Shown piece by piece: positions 27,633 through 40,404 of a stretch of DNA of 64,000 bases. Source of the DNA: Armatimonadota bacterium (GTDB lineage: Bacteria; Armatimonadota; SYMT01). Both the position numbers and the translations under genes were made by a program. The notes under the pieces are model-generated. The model had not been told where the DNA came from, did no database searches, and worked only from the letters and a program-made list of their open reading frames with translations. Numbering within the stretch: position 1 is the first letter of the stretch; every line of letters begins with the position of its first letter. The stretch is taken from contig JAWLHY010000006.1 of assembly GCA_041690135.1 (NCBI GenBank), positions 375,778 to 439,777 of the forward strand, read 5' to 3'.

Positions 27633-28898
27633 ATGTTAAGAGCTGTAGTCAGTCCGACCTGCCCCAGCGTGGGAGGTCCGCAGTTTTGGCGTTCACTCGC
27701 CGCACTCGGGGTCCTTGTCTGCTCCCTGACCGCGGCGCTGCTCGCAGCACAGATCCGTCCGCAGTACACGGAACCAACCCTGCTCGATTTGGAGAACATC
27801 GCGCGGCGAAACCCCACAGCTTCCCTGCTGCTTGCGCTCACACGCCGCTACACGACCGCGGGGGAGCACCGGCAAGCCCTGGAAACGGCGCGGCGCTTCG
27901 TCCGACTCCACCCCACCGATCCAACGGCGCACAACACCCTGGGTATCGTCCTGGCTGAGCACGGTGAAATCGAAACCGCGCGGAAGGCGTTCAGCCAGGC
28001 GATGACGTTGAACACGCGGTATCTCGATCCCTATCTGAATCTGGGCCGGATCGCCTTGTTGACGGGTGACAAGAAGAAGGCTCTGGCCGAATACGACCGC
28101 GCCACAGCCGTAGATCCTGCCTCGCCACGCGCCTGGAAGGGATACGCCGATGCCGCAGCCTCACTGGGCTATACGCTTCAAGCAAAGGACGGCTACGAGC
28201 GGGCTATCGGCCTGGAACCCAGGAATCCGGCCGCCTATGCCGCATTGGGGGTCCACCTGGCCGATACCGGCCGGGGGATGGAGGCACGACCCTACCTGGA
28301 AAAGGCCTTTGCCATGGGGGACCGTTCGGCTCCCCTCCTCGCCAGCCTGGCCCTCGCCCTCGCGGATCAGCCTCGCGACGCAGCGGATTTAGATCGAGCC
28401 CTGGAATTCGCGGAAACCGCGGTGGCCAATGGGGCGACCGGGTCCATGGCCCCTTATGCCTGGGGCCTGGCGCTGCAGCGTTCCGGGCAGTACGAAGAGG
28501 CGATCCGGCAGTTCAAGAAAACCCTGGAGATCAACGAGGGGGCGAACGGCGCCTGGATCGGCCTTTCGCAGTGCTACCGGGCACTCGGCCAGCATGAGAT
28601 CGCCGACAAGGCCGCGGAACGCGCTACGCTGGTCTTGACCCAGCGCCAGCGCGCAGGCAATCTCGTGCGCCAAATTCGCTTCCACCCGGACCGTCTCGAC
28701 TTGCGGCAAGAATACGCCGAACTTCTCATGGAGAAAGGCGATTACCTGGCGGCAGCCGACCAGTTCCGGTATATCGCACAACACGGGAAGGGAGAGGCCG
28801 ACGACTGGCGCAGAGCCGCGCGCGCTTTCGAGCGCGGAGGCAAACCGGACCTGGCAAAATATCTCTACACCTATGCGAACCGGCGCTCCCGCCGTTAG
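27633..28898 (+). CDS. Membrane-anchored TPR protein
   Basis: N-terminal TM then TPR units (AHNTLG, YLNLG, AWKGYA, AYAALG). Confidence 0.85.
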   Translation: MLRAVVSPTCPSVGGPQFWRSLAALGVLVCSLTAALLAAQIRPQYTEPTLLDLENIARRNPTASLLLALTRRYTTAGEHRQALETARRFVRLHPTDPTAHNTLGIVLAEHGEIETARKAFSQAMTLNTRYLDPYLNLGRIALLTGDKKKALAEYDRATAVDPASPRAWKGYADAAASLGYTLQAKDGYERAIGLEPRNPAAYAALGVHLADTGRGMEARPYLEKAFAMGDRSAPLLASLALALADQPRDAADLDRALEFAETAVANGATGSMAPYAWGLALQRSGQYEEAIRQFKKTLEINEGANGAWIGLSQCYRALGQHEIADKAAERATLVLTQRQRAGNLVRQIRFHPDRLDLRQEYAELLMEKGDYLAAADQFRYIAQHGKGEADDWRRAARAFERGGKPDLAKYLYTYANRRSRR

Positions 28899-28917
28899 CC
28901 TCTGGAGAACGCACTTA

Positions 28918-30630
28918 ATGTCGTTTGCTTCACGAGTCGCGGTAGCGAGCCTGGCTGCAATGCTGTCCCTGGGGGGGGTGGGCTGTGGGAAGCGATCCAC
29001 ACCCGCCGCGAAGGCTGCCGAAGCCGCCTTTCCTTTCACCGAAATCGCTCGCGGCGCCGGTGTGGATTTCCAGCATCTCAACGGGCAGTCCGGGGGGGCT
29101 AACATCGTCGAGACCACCGGCTCCGGATGCGGAGTGTTCGACTACGATAATGATGGCTGGTTGGACCTGTTCCTGGTGAATGGGAAGTCGCCACCTGCGG
29201 ATGGATGCCGGCTGTACCGGAACAATCGCGACGGCACGTTCAGAGATGTCACTGCGGAGACCGGGGTCTCGGGCCCCCGGAACTCCGTAGGGATGGGCTG
29301 CGCCACGGGAGACTACGATCAGGATGGCCACATCGACCTGTACGTAACGTATTGGGGCAAGAACGTGCTGTTCCGGAACCTGGGGAACGGCAGGTTCCAG
29401 GATGTGACCGCCTCGGCCGGCGTGGCCGTAGGGGGCTTCTCAACGGCGGCGGCGCTGGCGGACCTGGATACCGACGGATGGCCGGACCTGTACGTAGCCC
29501 GCTATTGCGAGTTCAACCAGAGGTCGAAACAACTCTGCCAGAATCAGGGGGTGCCTACCAGTTGCCCCCCCTACTACTACCCGGCCGAACCGGACGTCGT
29601 CTTTAAGAACCTCGGCAACGGCCGCTTTCGCGACGTAACGCGCGAGTGGGGGATGACGGAGAAAACGGGGCGCGGCCTCGGCGTATGCGTGGTCGATTAC
29701 AACCGGGACGGCCGCCTCGACCTGTTCGTCGCCAATGACGGCTCCGCCAACTTCCTGTATCAGAAGGGCAGCAATCAGCAATGGTCGGAAGTCGCGTCCC
29801 GGGAGGGTATCGCCCTGAACGACACCGGCGCCGCCGTAGCGAACATGGGGTGCGACTTCGGAGATTTCCTGGGCGACGGTACCCTGGGTGCGACGACGGG
29901 GGTATTCCAGAATGAGGTTCAACCCGTGTGGCGTTACCAACCGGGAGTTGGCTTCCAGCAGGTCACGCTTCAAGTGGGACTCCAGACGGCGGCGACCCCT
30001 TTTGTTACCTTTGGATTGGGCTTCTCGGACCTGGACAACGATGGGTGGCTGGATCTCTTCCAGGCCAATGGACACGTACAGGACCGCATCGCGCAGATCG
30101 ACAAGAACTGCACCTACCCCCAGACCCGCAGTTTCTTCCGGAATACCGGCCAGGGGACTTTCGAGGACCTCACAACCCGGTGTGGACCGGCGTTGAGAGA
30201 GGCGGCAGTGGGCCGTGGCGTCGCTTTCGGAGACCTGGATAACGACGGAGACATCGACCTGTTGGTTAGCAACAACAATGGTCGCGCGATGCTGCTCCGA
30301 AACGACCATCCCCCCCAAAACTGGGTGCAACTTCGCCTGATCAACGGATCCCGGAACTGGGAGGCGGCCGGCGCAGAGGTAGAGCTCCACGCTGGAGGGC
30401 GGAAGTTCCTTCGCTACGTACGAACGAGTGGCAGCTACGCCTCCGCCAACGATCCGCGCGTACACATTGGCCTCGGAAAGATCGACACCGTCGAACGCAT
30501 CTTGATCCGGTGGCCCGATGGTACCAGAACGGAACATCCCGGGGTGCCCATCAACCGGATCACGCCCCTACTCCGGCCTTCGACCCGACCTCCCGCGGCG
30601 CTGGAAAAGCTTCTCGTGGACGGCCGATGA
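28918..30630 (+). CDS. CRTAC1 family lipoprotein (FG-GAP/VCBS repeats + ASPIC/UnbV)
   Basis: Lipobox GVGC, repeated DYDNDGWLDL, ANMGCDFGD, GRG.AFGDLDNDG.IDL, SY.SAND.R.H.GLG...IRWPDG. Confidence 0.92.
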   Translation: MSFASRVAVASLAAMLSLGGVGCGKRSTPAAKAAEAAFPFTEIARGAGVDFQHLNGQSGGANIVETTGSGCGVFDYDNDGWLDLFLVNGKSPPADGCRLYRNNRDGTFRDVTAETGVSGPRNSVGMGCATGDYDQDGHIDLYVTYWGKNVLFRNLGNGRFQDVTASAGVAVGGFSTAAALADLDTDGWPDLYVARYCEFNQRSKQLCQNQGVPTSCPPYYYPAEPDVVFKNLGNGRFRDVTREWGMTEKTGRGLGVCVVDYNRDGRLDLFVANDGSANFLYQKGSNQQWSEVASREGIALNDTGAAVANMGCDFGDFLGDGTLGATTGVFQNEVQPVWRYQPGVGFQQVTLQVGLQTAATPFVTFGLGFSDLDNDGWLDLFQANGHVQDRIAQIDKNCTYPQTRSFFRNTGQGTFEDLTTRCGPALREAAVGRGVAFGDLDNDGDIDLLVSNNNGRAMLLRNDHPPQNWVQLRLINGSRNWEAAGAEVELHAGGRKFLRYVRTSGSYASANDPRVHIGLGKIDTVERILIRWPDGTRTEHPGVPINRITPLLRPSTRPPAALEKLLVDGR

Positions 30631-30699
30631 CGAGGGTCGGGAAGAAGATCCAGGGGAACTTCTTCCCGACCCTCGTTTCCTTTTCGACCCGGGAAACGG

Positions 30700-31932
30700 C
30701 TATCCTGCCGGGAGAGCCTCCGGGGGTTCCCCCTGTGAACGAGGACGTTTACCCAGCTGTTCCACTTCTTCAGCGCCTCGTCGCGCTACTTGGTTCGCCG
30801 GCTCCAACGCCAGCGCAGCCGCGTAAGCGGCGCGTGCATCGCCGAAGGCCCGCTGTCGGGCGCACACCTGGCCCAAACGGATCAGGTTGTTCGCCAGATC
30901 CACTCCCGCATCGATCTGCGCTTCCACGCTTTTCCGCTGGCGCTCTAGCGCCAGCGCCCGATCCAGTTGGCGCTTCGTCCGCTCCAGCACCGGTGTGGTT
31001 TCCACCCGCCCATAGGTTTCGACGAGCAGCTTGAGAGCCTCCACATTCAGCGGATCGTAATCAACAGCCAACTGAAGCGACTGGGTCGAATTTACCTTGT
31101 CACCCTGGGCCAACCAGACCCGAGCCGCCGCTACGTGTGCTGCCGCTTTATGGTCGAGGGAAAACTGCAGCACACGGTTGTACTCGATGATGGCTTTCTG
31201 GCGGTCATCATCACTGCCGGTGGCGGCCAACGCCTCCCCCAGATAAAGCCGGGCCTCGAGGTCGGAGGGGTCATTGCGGAGGGCCGCTTCCAGCTCACCG
31301 CGACCTTCACCGTGACGACCCGCCCGCACTAACGCGATACCCAGTAGCGCGCGCCCACGTGGGCGGTCCGGATCGAGCTCCACCGCCCGCCGCAGTGCTT
31401 TTACGGCTTCGGCCGGGTCATCGAGCTTGACGGCGAGATTCCCGAGCGTATACCAGGCATCCGCCTGGCCACTGTCTAGCTTCAGTGCCCGCCACAGTTG
31501 TTCCCGTGCCACGTGGTAACGGAGACAGCTCCCATAGATGGCCGCCAACAGAAATCGTGCATCGGCGCGGTCCGGCCACTGGGCCACGGTCTTCTCCGCG
31601 ATGGCCTGAGCCGACTTCCAGGCACCGGAGGCATACGAAGCACGGGCCCATCCCGTCCATGCCTCCGCCGCAGTAGGGCGCAACTCTGCGGCGCGCGCGT
31701 AGGTCCGGGCAGCATCCGTCAAGTAACCGTTGCGCTCCTGCCGGCGCGCGGCTTCATACACCAGGACATAAGAGGCACTCTCACCGGCAGCCACCCGAAC
31801 CAGAGCCTCGTCGGACATCTTTGCTGCTCTCCAGCGAACCAGTTCTCCCGTGGCGGTAAGCCGAAGCCCAACCCCGCTTACAATGGCTAAGAGCCCGGCC
31901 CCCGCCAGCACCACGACCCGCCGTTTCTTCAT
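30700..31932 (-). CDS. Membrane-anchored TPR protein
   Basis: MKKRR + TM, multiple TPRs; directly downstream of a CRTAC1 gene. Confidence 0.85.
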   Translation of the reverse strand: MKKRRVVVLAGAGLLAIVSGVGLRLTATGELVRWRAAKMSDEALVRVAAGESASYVLVYEAARRQERNGYLTDAARTYARAAELRPTAAEAWTGWARASYASGAWKSAQAIAEKTVAQWPDRADARFLLAAIYGSCLRYHVAREQLWRALKLDSGQADAWYTLGNLAVKLDDPAEAVKALRRAVELDPDRPRGRALLGIALVRAGRHGEGRGELEAALRNDPSDLEARLYLGEALAATGSDDDRQKAIIEYNRVLQFSLDHKAAAHVAAARVWLAQGDKVNSTQSLQLAVDYDPLNVEALKLLVETYGRVETTPVLERTKRQLDRALALERQRKSVEAQIDAGVDLANNLIRLGQVCARQRAFGDARAAYAAALALEPANQVARRGAEEVEQLGKRPRSQGEPPEALPAG

Positions 31933-31963
31933 TGTCCCTCTCCGCGCTGCATTGGCAGCCAGG

Positions 31964-33718
31964 TCATTGCACGTTCGTCACCCCACGCCGAACCACCACC
32001 CGGCGGTTCACAGCGCCACAAGAAATTTCTTGTTTCTCACCATCGGGCCATACCACCTGGAAAGTGGCTACTTCCCGGACATCCCCCAGCCCAAAGTGAA
32101 GTTCCGCCGCGCTGCTGGAGAGAAAACTCGAGGCCGGCGAAACCTCGCGGACGTGAGAACCGGAAGAGGTTGTAATTACCACACGCGCCCCGTAGGCGAA
32201 GCGATTGGAGCCCTGGTCGCGGAGGTCCACCGTGAGCCAGTTACCTGTCGCCTCTCGGGTGTTCCGCAAGAGGAGGGGGGTTCCTTCGCGATCCACCACC
32301 AGAAGATCCAACCGGCCGTCGCGATCGTAATCCGCAGTTGCCAGCCCCCGGCCGACGATCGGCTTTCCCAGGTCCGGACCGGCAACCGCGCTGACGTCTT
32401 CGAACCGCCGCCCTTCCCGGTTCCGGAACAACTGCATCGACTGGCGATAGGCACTGGCCGCGTCGAAATCGGCGACGTTATCGTATACATGCCCATTGGC
32501 AAAGATGAGATCGAGCCAACCGTCGTTGTCGAAATCCAACCACTTGGTCCCAAAGCCGAGCGGCTTCGTCGTCGGCTCCGCAATCCCAATCCTGGCACTC
32601 ACGTTCTCAAAGTAGGCGCCCTGGTCCCGGTACACCGAGTAGGGTTCATCCGAAAAGGCGGTTACGACCAGATCCTGGCGCCCGTCCCGATCGTAATCCC
32701 CCCAGTCCACCCCCATTCCGGCCTGGGCCTGGCCGAACACCCCCAGCGCTACTCCACGAGCGACGGCGACGTTGCGGAACCGCATCCCGCCCTGGTTCTG
32801 AAAGAAGTCGCCGGGCACTCCATCGTTTGCCAGATAGAAATCCTGGCGACCATCCCGGTCATAATCGGTGAAACCCAGGGCCAACACTTTCCCACCCGCC
32901 TGGTCCATGCCTGAACGAGACGTAACGTCCGTGAAGGAGCCGTTTCCATCATTCCGGTACAACCGGGGATGTTGAGGTCGATAAGTGTGGGGCGGGCAAC
33001 CACTGGTAACACCTGGCTTCATCTCGCAGTAACGGGGCGCCTGTGCATCGAACACCACATAGTTCCCCACCAACAGATCGAGGTCGCCGTCGGCATCGAG
33101 ATCCATGAAACCCGCACTACTTCCCCACCCGGAGGGCCGAAGCGCGGAGGCGGCTGTTACATCCACATATGCCGGACCGGGTCCGCTTCGCAGCAAGCAG
33201 ATGTCGTTGAAACCGGTCAGCAGGATATCCAACTTCCCGTCACCGTTGTAATCACCGACCGCACATCCTTTCCAGGCACCCCGAATCCGATGTAAGCCGG
33301 CGGCATGCGTATGATTGCGAAACCTGCCATTACGAAGGTTAAGGTACAGATGGGGACTCGGTTCGCTGACCAGTAAGATATCCTGCCATCCATCTCCATT
33401 CGCATCGAAGAACGCGCAGCCGTTGCCGAACGATTGGAGGTTGGTCAGTGGCCGACTGCCTTCCGCAGCCCAACGAGTGGCCAGCCCAGCCCTTATTGCC
33501 ATGTCCTGAAACCATGCGGGACTGATCTTGGCAGGTTTCTCCAACGCTTTTGCGGGGGGCCGGCATCCCACTCCTACGGCGGTCATCACGAGCGCAAGAG
33601 TAGCCAGCGCCCAGGCGGGAAGGCGCTCGGATCGGTGCGGCGCCGACTTCGCTTCCCGAAGTGGTGAAACGATGCCCCGGCGGCCAGGGTGGGAGGAGTG
33701 GGAGCGCTGGGAAGGCAT
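31964..33718 (-). CDS. CRTAC1 family lipoprotein (FG-GAP + ASPIC/UnbV); start uncertain
   Basis: GVGC lipobox, D.NGDG..D repeats, AGMGVDWGDYD, SSFLSSS...HFGLG, VWPDG. Confidence 0.9.
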   Translation of the reverse strand: MPSQRSHSSHPGRRGIVSPLREAKSAPHRSERLPAWALATLALVMTAVGVGCRPPAKALEKPAKISPAWFQDMAIRAGLATRWAAEGSRPLTNLQSFGNGCAFFDANGDGWQDILLVSEPSPHLYLNLRNGRFRNHTHAAGLHRIRGAWKGCAVGDYNGDGKLDILLTGFNDICLLRSGPGPAYVDVTAASALRPSGWGSSAGFMDLDADGDLDLLVGNYVVFDAQAPRYCEMKPGVTSGCPPHTYRPQHPRLYRNDGNGSFTDVTSRSGMDQAGGKVLALGFTDYDRDGRQDFYLANDGVPGDFFQNQGGMRFRNVAVARGVALGVFGQAQAGMGVDWGDYDRDGRQDLVVTAFSDEPYSVYRDQGAYFENVSARIGIAEPTTKPLGFGTKWLDFDNDGWLDLIFANGHVYDNVADFDAASAYRQSMQLFRNREGRRFEDVSAVAGPDLGKPIVGRGLATADYDRDGRLDLLVVDREGTPLLLRNTREATGNWLTVDLRDQGSNRFAYGARVVITTSSGSHVREVSPASSFLSSSAAELHFGLGDVREVATFQVVWPDGEKQEISCGAVNRRVVVRRGVTNVQ

Positions 33719-33889
33719 GAAGGGGTGACAGGCGGCAGCAAGGGAGGAACTGCTGGCGTTCATCCTCTCATCGGATACTTCCGCAGCCAGGTACTGGATT
33801 CCTATCCATCCGAGAATTGCGGACGACAGCCGATGATCCAGAGGTATTACCGGCACATCCGCCCTACATGACAGGTGTGGAGGTTCGTC

Positions 33890-34276
33890 ATGTCGCAACC
33901 AGCCCCCGTCGTGAAGCGGCGATTACTGATTCTGGGCCTACTCGTAATTGGAGTGTTGATTACCCTTGATTTCTTGCGCGTATCCCTGCTGGCGGCGCAG
34001 GAACGGCAAGCCCGGACCCATGCAAGAGTGGCGAGTGTGGATTCCAGGCTCCAACAATTGAGCCCGGAGTACGGCTTGCTGATCCGGGAACTGGACGAGC
34101 ATCCTCAGGATGAAGCGGTAATCGAAAAGGTGAGCTCGGCTGTACGCAAACTGATGAAGCGTGCCAAGGGTTATACCACCAACCTGAACGCGGGAGAACT
34201 GGCCTTCGTGCAGGCGTACCGATTGCGCCAGATGCGCGCCTACGAACGTTACGGTAAGGCTTATCCGCAACCGTAG
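33890..34276 (+). CDS. Small single-TM hypothetical protein
   Basis: SD GGAGG, KRR + hydrophobic helix, helical C-terminus. Confidence 0.6.
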   Translation: MSQPAPVVKRRLLILGLLVIGVLITLDFLRVSLLAAQERQARTHARVASVDSRLQQLSPEYGLLIRELDEHPQDEAVIEKVSSAVRKLMKRAKGYTTNLNAGELAFVQAYRLRQMRAYERYGKAYPQP

Positions 34277-34319
34277 TGGAGATCCAGTTCACCTGCCGAC
34301 CTTCCGGCCCAGGACGCAA

Positions 34320-36017
34320 TCACCTTTCCACTTGGAGGTACTCACCGGCGGTAACTCCAGTGAGTATGCGCCGGGAACCGTCCGGCCATTGGACCACGAT
34401 CCGATTCGTGGATGCGGCACTACCCAGGCCGAAGTGGAGCACGGGCGAACTGCTCGAGAGATAGCTCGAAGCGGGTGACACTTCCCGAACCAGGGGACCC
34501 TGGGGCGTTTCGACGGTCACCCGCGCTCCGTAGGCGAAGGGGTTCGGGCCGGGCTGGCGCAGCTCGATCTCCAGCCAGTTGCCGGCGGGCTGCTCGTTCC
34601 GCAGGAGCAGCGGCGCGCCGCCGTAATCCACCGCCAGCAGGTCAACGCGGCCGTCGCGATCGTAGTCCCCGGTGGCGAGACCCCGACCCACGATCGGGCG
34701 AGATGCCGCGCTGCCGGCCTGGGCAGTGACCTCCGCAAACTTGCGGCCTTCCCGGTTGGCGAAGAGCTGCAGCGGCTGGCGGAAGGTGAGGCGGTTGTCG
34801 ATCAGATGGACGTTATCATGGATGTGGCCGTTAGTGAAGGCCACATCGAGCCAGCCGTCGTTATCCAGGTCGAGCCACTTAACGCCGAAGCCCAGAGGCA
34901 GGTAGGTGGGGTCCCCGATCCCGACCTGGGTGCTGACCTGCTCGAAGTCTCCTTCGCGTTGACGGTAGACGGCGTAGGCCTCATCCGAAAACGCGGTCAC
35001 GGCAAGATCCAGCCGCCCGTCGCGGTCATAGTCGCCCCAGTCCACGCCCATGCCGGCGTGGGTGCCGCCGCTGACGCCCATGGCCACTCCCTGTGCCAGC
35101 GCCACGTTCTCGAAGCGGAGTCCGCCCAGGTTGCGGAAGAGGTCGCCGGGAGTGCCATCATTGGCGAAATAGAGGTCCATCCGGCCGTCACGGTCGAAGT
35201 CGGTAAAACCCAGCGCCAGGTTCTTGCCGCCGGAGCGGTGCAAGCCGGTATCGGTCGTCACCTCGGTGAACGTCGCATCTCCGTCGTTCCGGAAGAGGCG
35301 GGGAAACTGGGGCGCATAGCGCTCCGGAGTGCAAGACGAAAAGACACCCGGCCGCAACTCGCAGTAGCGTGGAGCGTAGGGGTCCAACTCCAGGTACTGG
35401 CCAACTACCAGGTCGAGGTCCTCATCCCCATCCAGGTCCATGAGCCCGGCGCTACTGGCCCAGCCACCCGGCTTGATGCCCGCCTGCAGGGTGACGTCGC
35501 GAAAGCGACCACCGGCTTCCGCCCGGAGCAGCTTGAGGGTGTTGAGACCCGTCAGCAAGAGATCCGGCCGGGCATCGCCATTGATGTCCCCCACCGCGCA
35601 GCCGCTCCAGTTGCCTTTGATCTGGGCCAGTCCGGATTCGGCCGTCGCGTCCCGAAATGTGCCGTCCCTGCGGTTCAGGTACAGCCCGCAGGCGGGGCTC
35701 CCCACCAGCAGGACATCGAGCCAGCCATCGGAATCGGCATCCAGGAAGGCGCAGCCGGCCCCAAAGGTTTCCACGTTGGAGAGCGGAGAGCGTTTAAGTT
35801 CCGGCCAGCGGTAGGTGATGCCCGCCTCCGCCGTCACGTCACGGAGCCAGGCGGAGGTGCTTTTGGCCGGAGCGGGATTCGCGGGCCCGTTGGGCGAAAT
35901 CGCCGGACGCTCCGGCCGGCAACCGCCCAACACCAGCACCAGCCCGGCGATTACCGGGGAGAGGAGCCGCTGGGAACGGGGCCGGGTGGACGGATTGCCG
36001 AGCAGAACGGGTTGCAT
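34320..36017 (-). CDS. CRTAC1 family lipoprotein (FG-GAP + ASPIC/UnbV)
   Basis: LGGC lipobox; close paralogue of 31964-33718 (AGMGVDWGDYDRDGR, PLGFG.KWLD, SSYLSSS..HFGLG, WPDG). Confidence 0.92.
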   Translation of the reverse strand: MQPVLLGNPSTRPRSQRLLSPVIAGLVLVLGGCRPERPAISPNGPANPAPAKSTSAWLRDVTAEAGITYRWPELKRSPLSNVETFGAGCAFLDADSDGWLDVLLVGSPACGLYLNRRDGTFRDATAESGLAQIKGNWSGCAVGDINGDARPDLLLTGLNTLKLLRAEAGGRFRDVTLQAGIKPGGWASSAGLMDLDGDEDLDLVVGQYLELDPYAPRYCELRPGVFSSCTPERYAPQFPRLFRNDGDATFTEVTTDTGLHRSGGKNLALGFTDFDRDGRMDLYFANDGTPGDLFRNLGGLRFENVALAQGVAMGVSGGTHAGMGVDWGDYDRDGRLDLAVTAFSDEAYAVYRQREGDFEQVSTQVGIGDPTYLPLGFGVKWLDLDNDGWLDVAFTNGHIHDNVHLIDNRLTFRQPLQLFANREGRKFAEVTAQAGSAASRPIVGRGLATGDYDRDGRVDLLAVDYGGAPLLLRNEQPAGNWLEIELRQPGPNPFAYGARVTVETPQGPLVREVSPASSYLSSSSPVLHFGLGSAASTNRIVVQWPDGSRRILTGVTAGEYLQVER

Positions 36018-36059
36018 TCGAGGCCTTTGCGCAGACCGGGTGAAAACGTTGAAAGGGCC

Positions 36060-36480
36060 GTAAGGATATACGGTCGGCGCGGCGTGCGGGTAGTCGCAAA
36101 AGTGATGGCGTTTTGCAGGACGATAGGGGCGGTGGGCGAGGAGTACCCATCATTTGGCCGAACAGGATCAACATCGCTGCCTACGGAATGGAACGGCGTC
36201 ACATCCCCTACCATCCGGAGGCAGAGGGTACCCCGTCTCGCTTCACGATTGTGCGCTCACAATTGGGTACCGCACCTGTAGGGAACGTCTCGCCGCAGTG
36301 TTCCGCCGTGATGGGGATGATCCCGTCGCGCAAAACGGTGCGTGCTGAGGTTCGAGGGTCTTTCCCGTTTGGCCGAACGGGATCAGATTCGTTCACTTCG
36401 GAATGGAACGGCGTCGCATTCCCTACAGTATTGCAGCAATGGGTACACCGTTTCGCCTTACCGGCGAGCGGTCGAACTGC
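36060..36480. repeat. BIME-like REP array, left of RAYT
   Basis: REP-A cggaatggaacggcgtc(a/g)cat(c/t)ccctac at 36184 and 36399 (215 apart); REP-B gtagggaacgtctcgccgcagtgttccg at 36278; degenerate unit near 36060. Confidence 0.9.
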
Positions 36481-36501
36481 TTGCGGTAGGCGAACTGCCA
36501 T

Positions 36502-37092
36502 TCACCCGCGCGGATCTTGGTAGGTCTCCTCGTCCCACCAGGGATCGACAATGCCGGAGTAGGGGTACTCAAGCCAGTCTTCGACCAGGCCCTTTCTCAC
36601 CGGATTTTCCAGGGTGTAGCGTGCTGCGTCGTCAATCGAGTCGCCCCAACGGATGATCCGGTCGTAGCTACTCTTCTGCCACAAGCGCCCCTCGCCCCCC
36701 AGTTTCCACCAGACCTGGGTAGTTGTGTATTTCTTGAAATCGCCGATCTGATCGAGCACACTGGCTGGTACCAGGCCCCTGCTTCCGCCGTCGAGAAGCC
36801 GTGAGTCATCTCCAGTCAACTGAAGCAAGAAATGGAGATGGTCCGGCATGAGGCAATAGGCATACAGCTTCCAACGATGCCGTTCCCGGCGCCAGAGGAG
36901 TGATGAGACCACCGAACGCGCGAGTCCACCATGAAGGAACAAGTCGCCGTGCTGACGGGCACACAGCGTGAAGTAGTAGATGCATTCGGATTGAGCGTAA
37001 GCTTCAGCCGGCAGGCGATGAGGACGGCGAGTGGATTGGGGACGATCGTTCAGGTAGTCGATTAGGTCCTGTGCCGGGTGATTATGCCGCAT
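36502..37092 (-). mobile_element. REP-associated tyrosine transposase (RAYT, IS200/Y1 HUH family)
   Basis: YYFTLCA, AYCLMPDHLHFLL (HUH), FKKYT, LWQKSSYDRIIR, YTLENPVRKGLV..W.EYPYS; GTAG REPs on both flanks. Confidence 0.92.
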
Positions 37093-37185
37093 CGGAGAGA
37101 ATCCCTGTGCGAAGTTGAATGAGCGCTAGGGTACTCTTATTTCCGATTCGACGGCCGGGCGCTGTTTCCTCCGCCGGGTGTACTT

Positions 37186-37780
37186 CAGCTGTCTTGACGC
37201 TGATCTCGTCATGCAAAGCGGCACGAGTCCTAGACCGGGGGTTCCAGCATTCGGCCTGACACGATCAGTTTCCCTATCTGCGGAATGGAACGGCGTCACA
37301 TTCCCTACAGTACTGCGGCAGAAGGCATGCCGTTTCGCTGCCCCGGCGAGCGGGCGCATAGTGGAAGAACACCTGTAGGGAACGTCTCGCCGCAGCGTTC
37401 CATTGTCCTGGCGCTGCTCCCGTTGTGTAAGAACGTGCCGATCGAGGTCCGGGGGTTCCACCGTTTGGCTGAACGGGATCAGAATCGTTCACTGCGGAAT
37501 GGAACGGCGTAGCATTCCCTACAGTATTGCGCCAGAGGGCATACGGTTTCGCTTCCCCGGCGTACGGGCGCATGGTGGAAACGCATCTGTAGGGAACGTT
37601 TCGCCGCAGCGTTCCGCCGTGACGGAGGCGATACCGTCGCGCAGAACGGTAGGGGCCGTGGCCCAGATGTGCTCGCGGTTTGCCACAACAAGATCAGCTT
37701 CGTTGAATTCGGAGTGGAGCGGCGTCGCATTCGCTACCGTGCGGAGGGATAGCGTGCACCATTTTGCTTCAGGGTTGTGC
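37186..37780. repeat. BIME-like REP array, right of RAYT
   Basis: REP-A at 37281, 37495, 37710; REP-B at 37375, 37589; period 214-215 bp with homologous linkers. Confidence 0.92.
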
Positions 37781-37795
37781 GAATAGGGATGCCAC

Positions 37796-37835
37796 GAAAA
37801 AAGACCGGGGCGCCGCGCGGCGCCCCGGTCTTTTC
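37796..37835 (-). terminator. Rho-independent (likely bidirectional) terminator of clpC
   Basis: aaaaaagaccggggcgccg-cg-cggcgccccggtctttt. Confidence 0.85.
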
Positions 37836-37858
37836 TGTTACGATCCCGGCCGTCCGGA

Positions 37859-40339
<2,481 letters not shown>

Positions 40340-40404
40340 TATCCTAATATCCTCCTACTAATCTCTCTACCGTCTTTTTAACAGGATGGAAACCCATAAG
40401 ACAA

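Noticed and set aside
28918-36017. Enediyne biosynthetic cluster (UnbV domains)
   Set aside because: No enediyne PKS, thioesterase or other core genes; ASPIC/UnbV here belongs to CRTAC1-type lipoproteins
36184-37737. Regularly spaced 28-nt repeats as a CRISPR array
   Set aside because: Repeats alternate in orientation, linkers are 66/93 nt and homologous to each other, no cas genes, and a RAYT sits in the middle: REP/BIME
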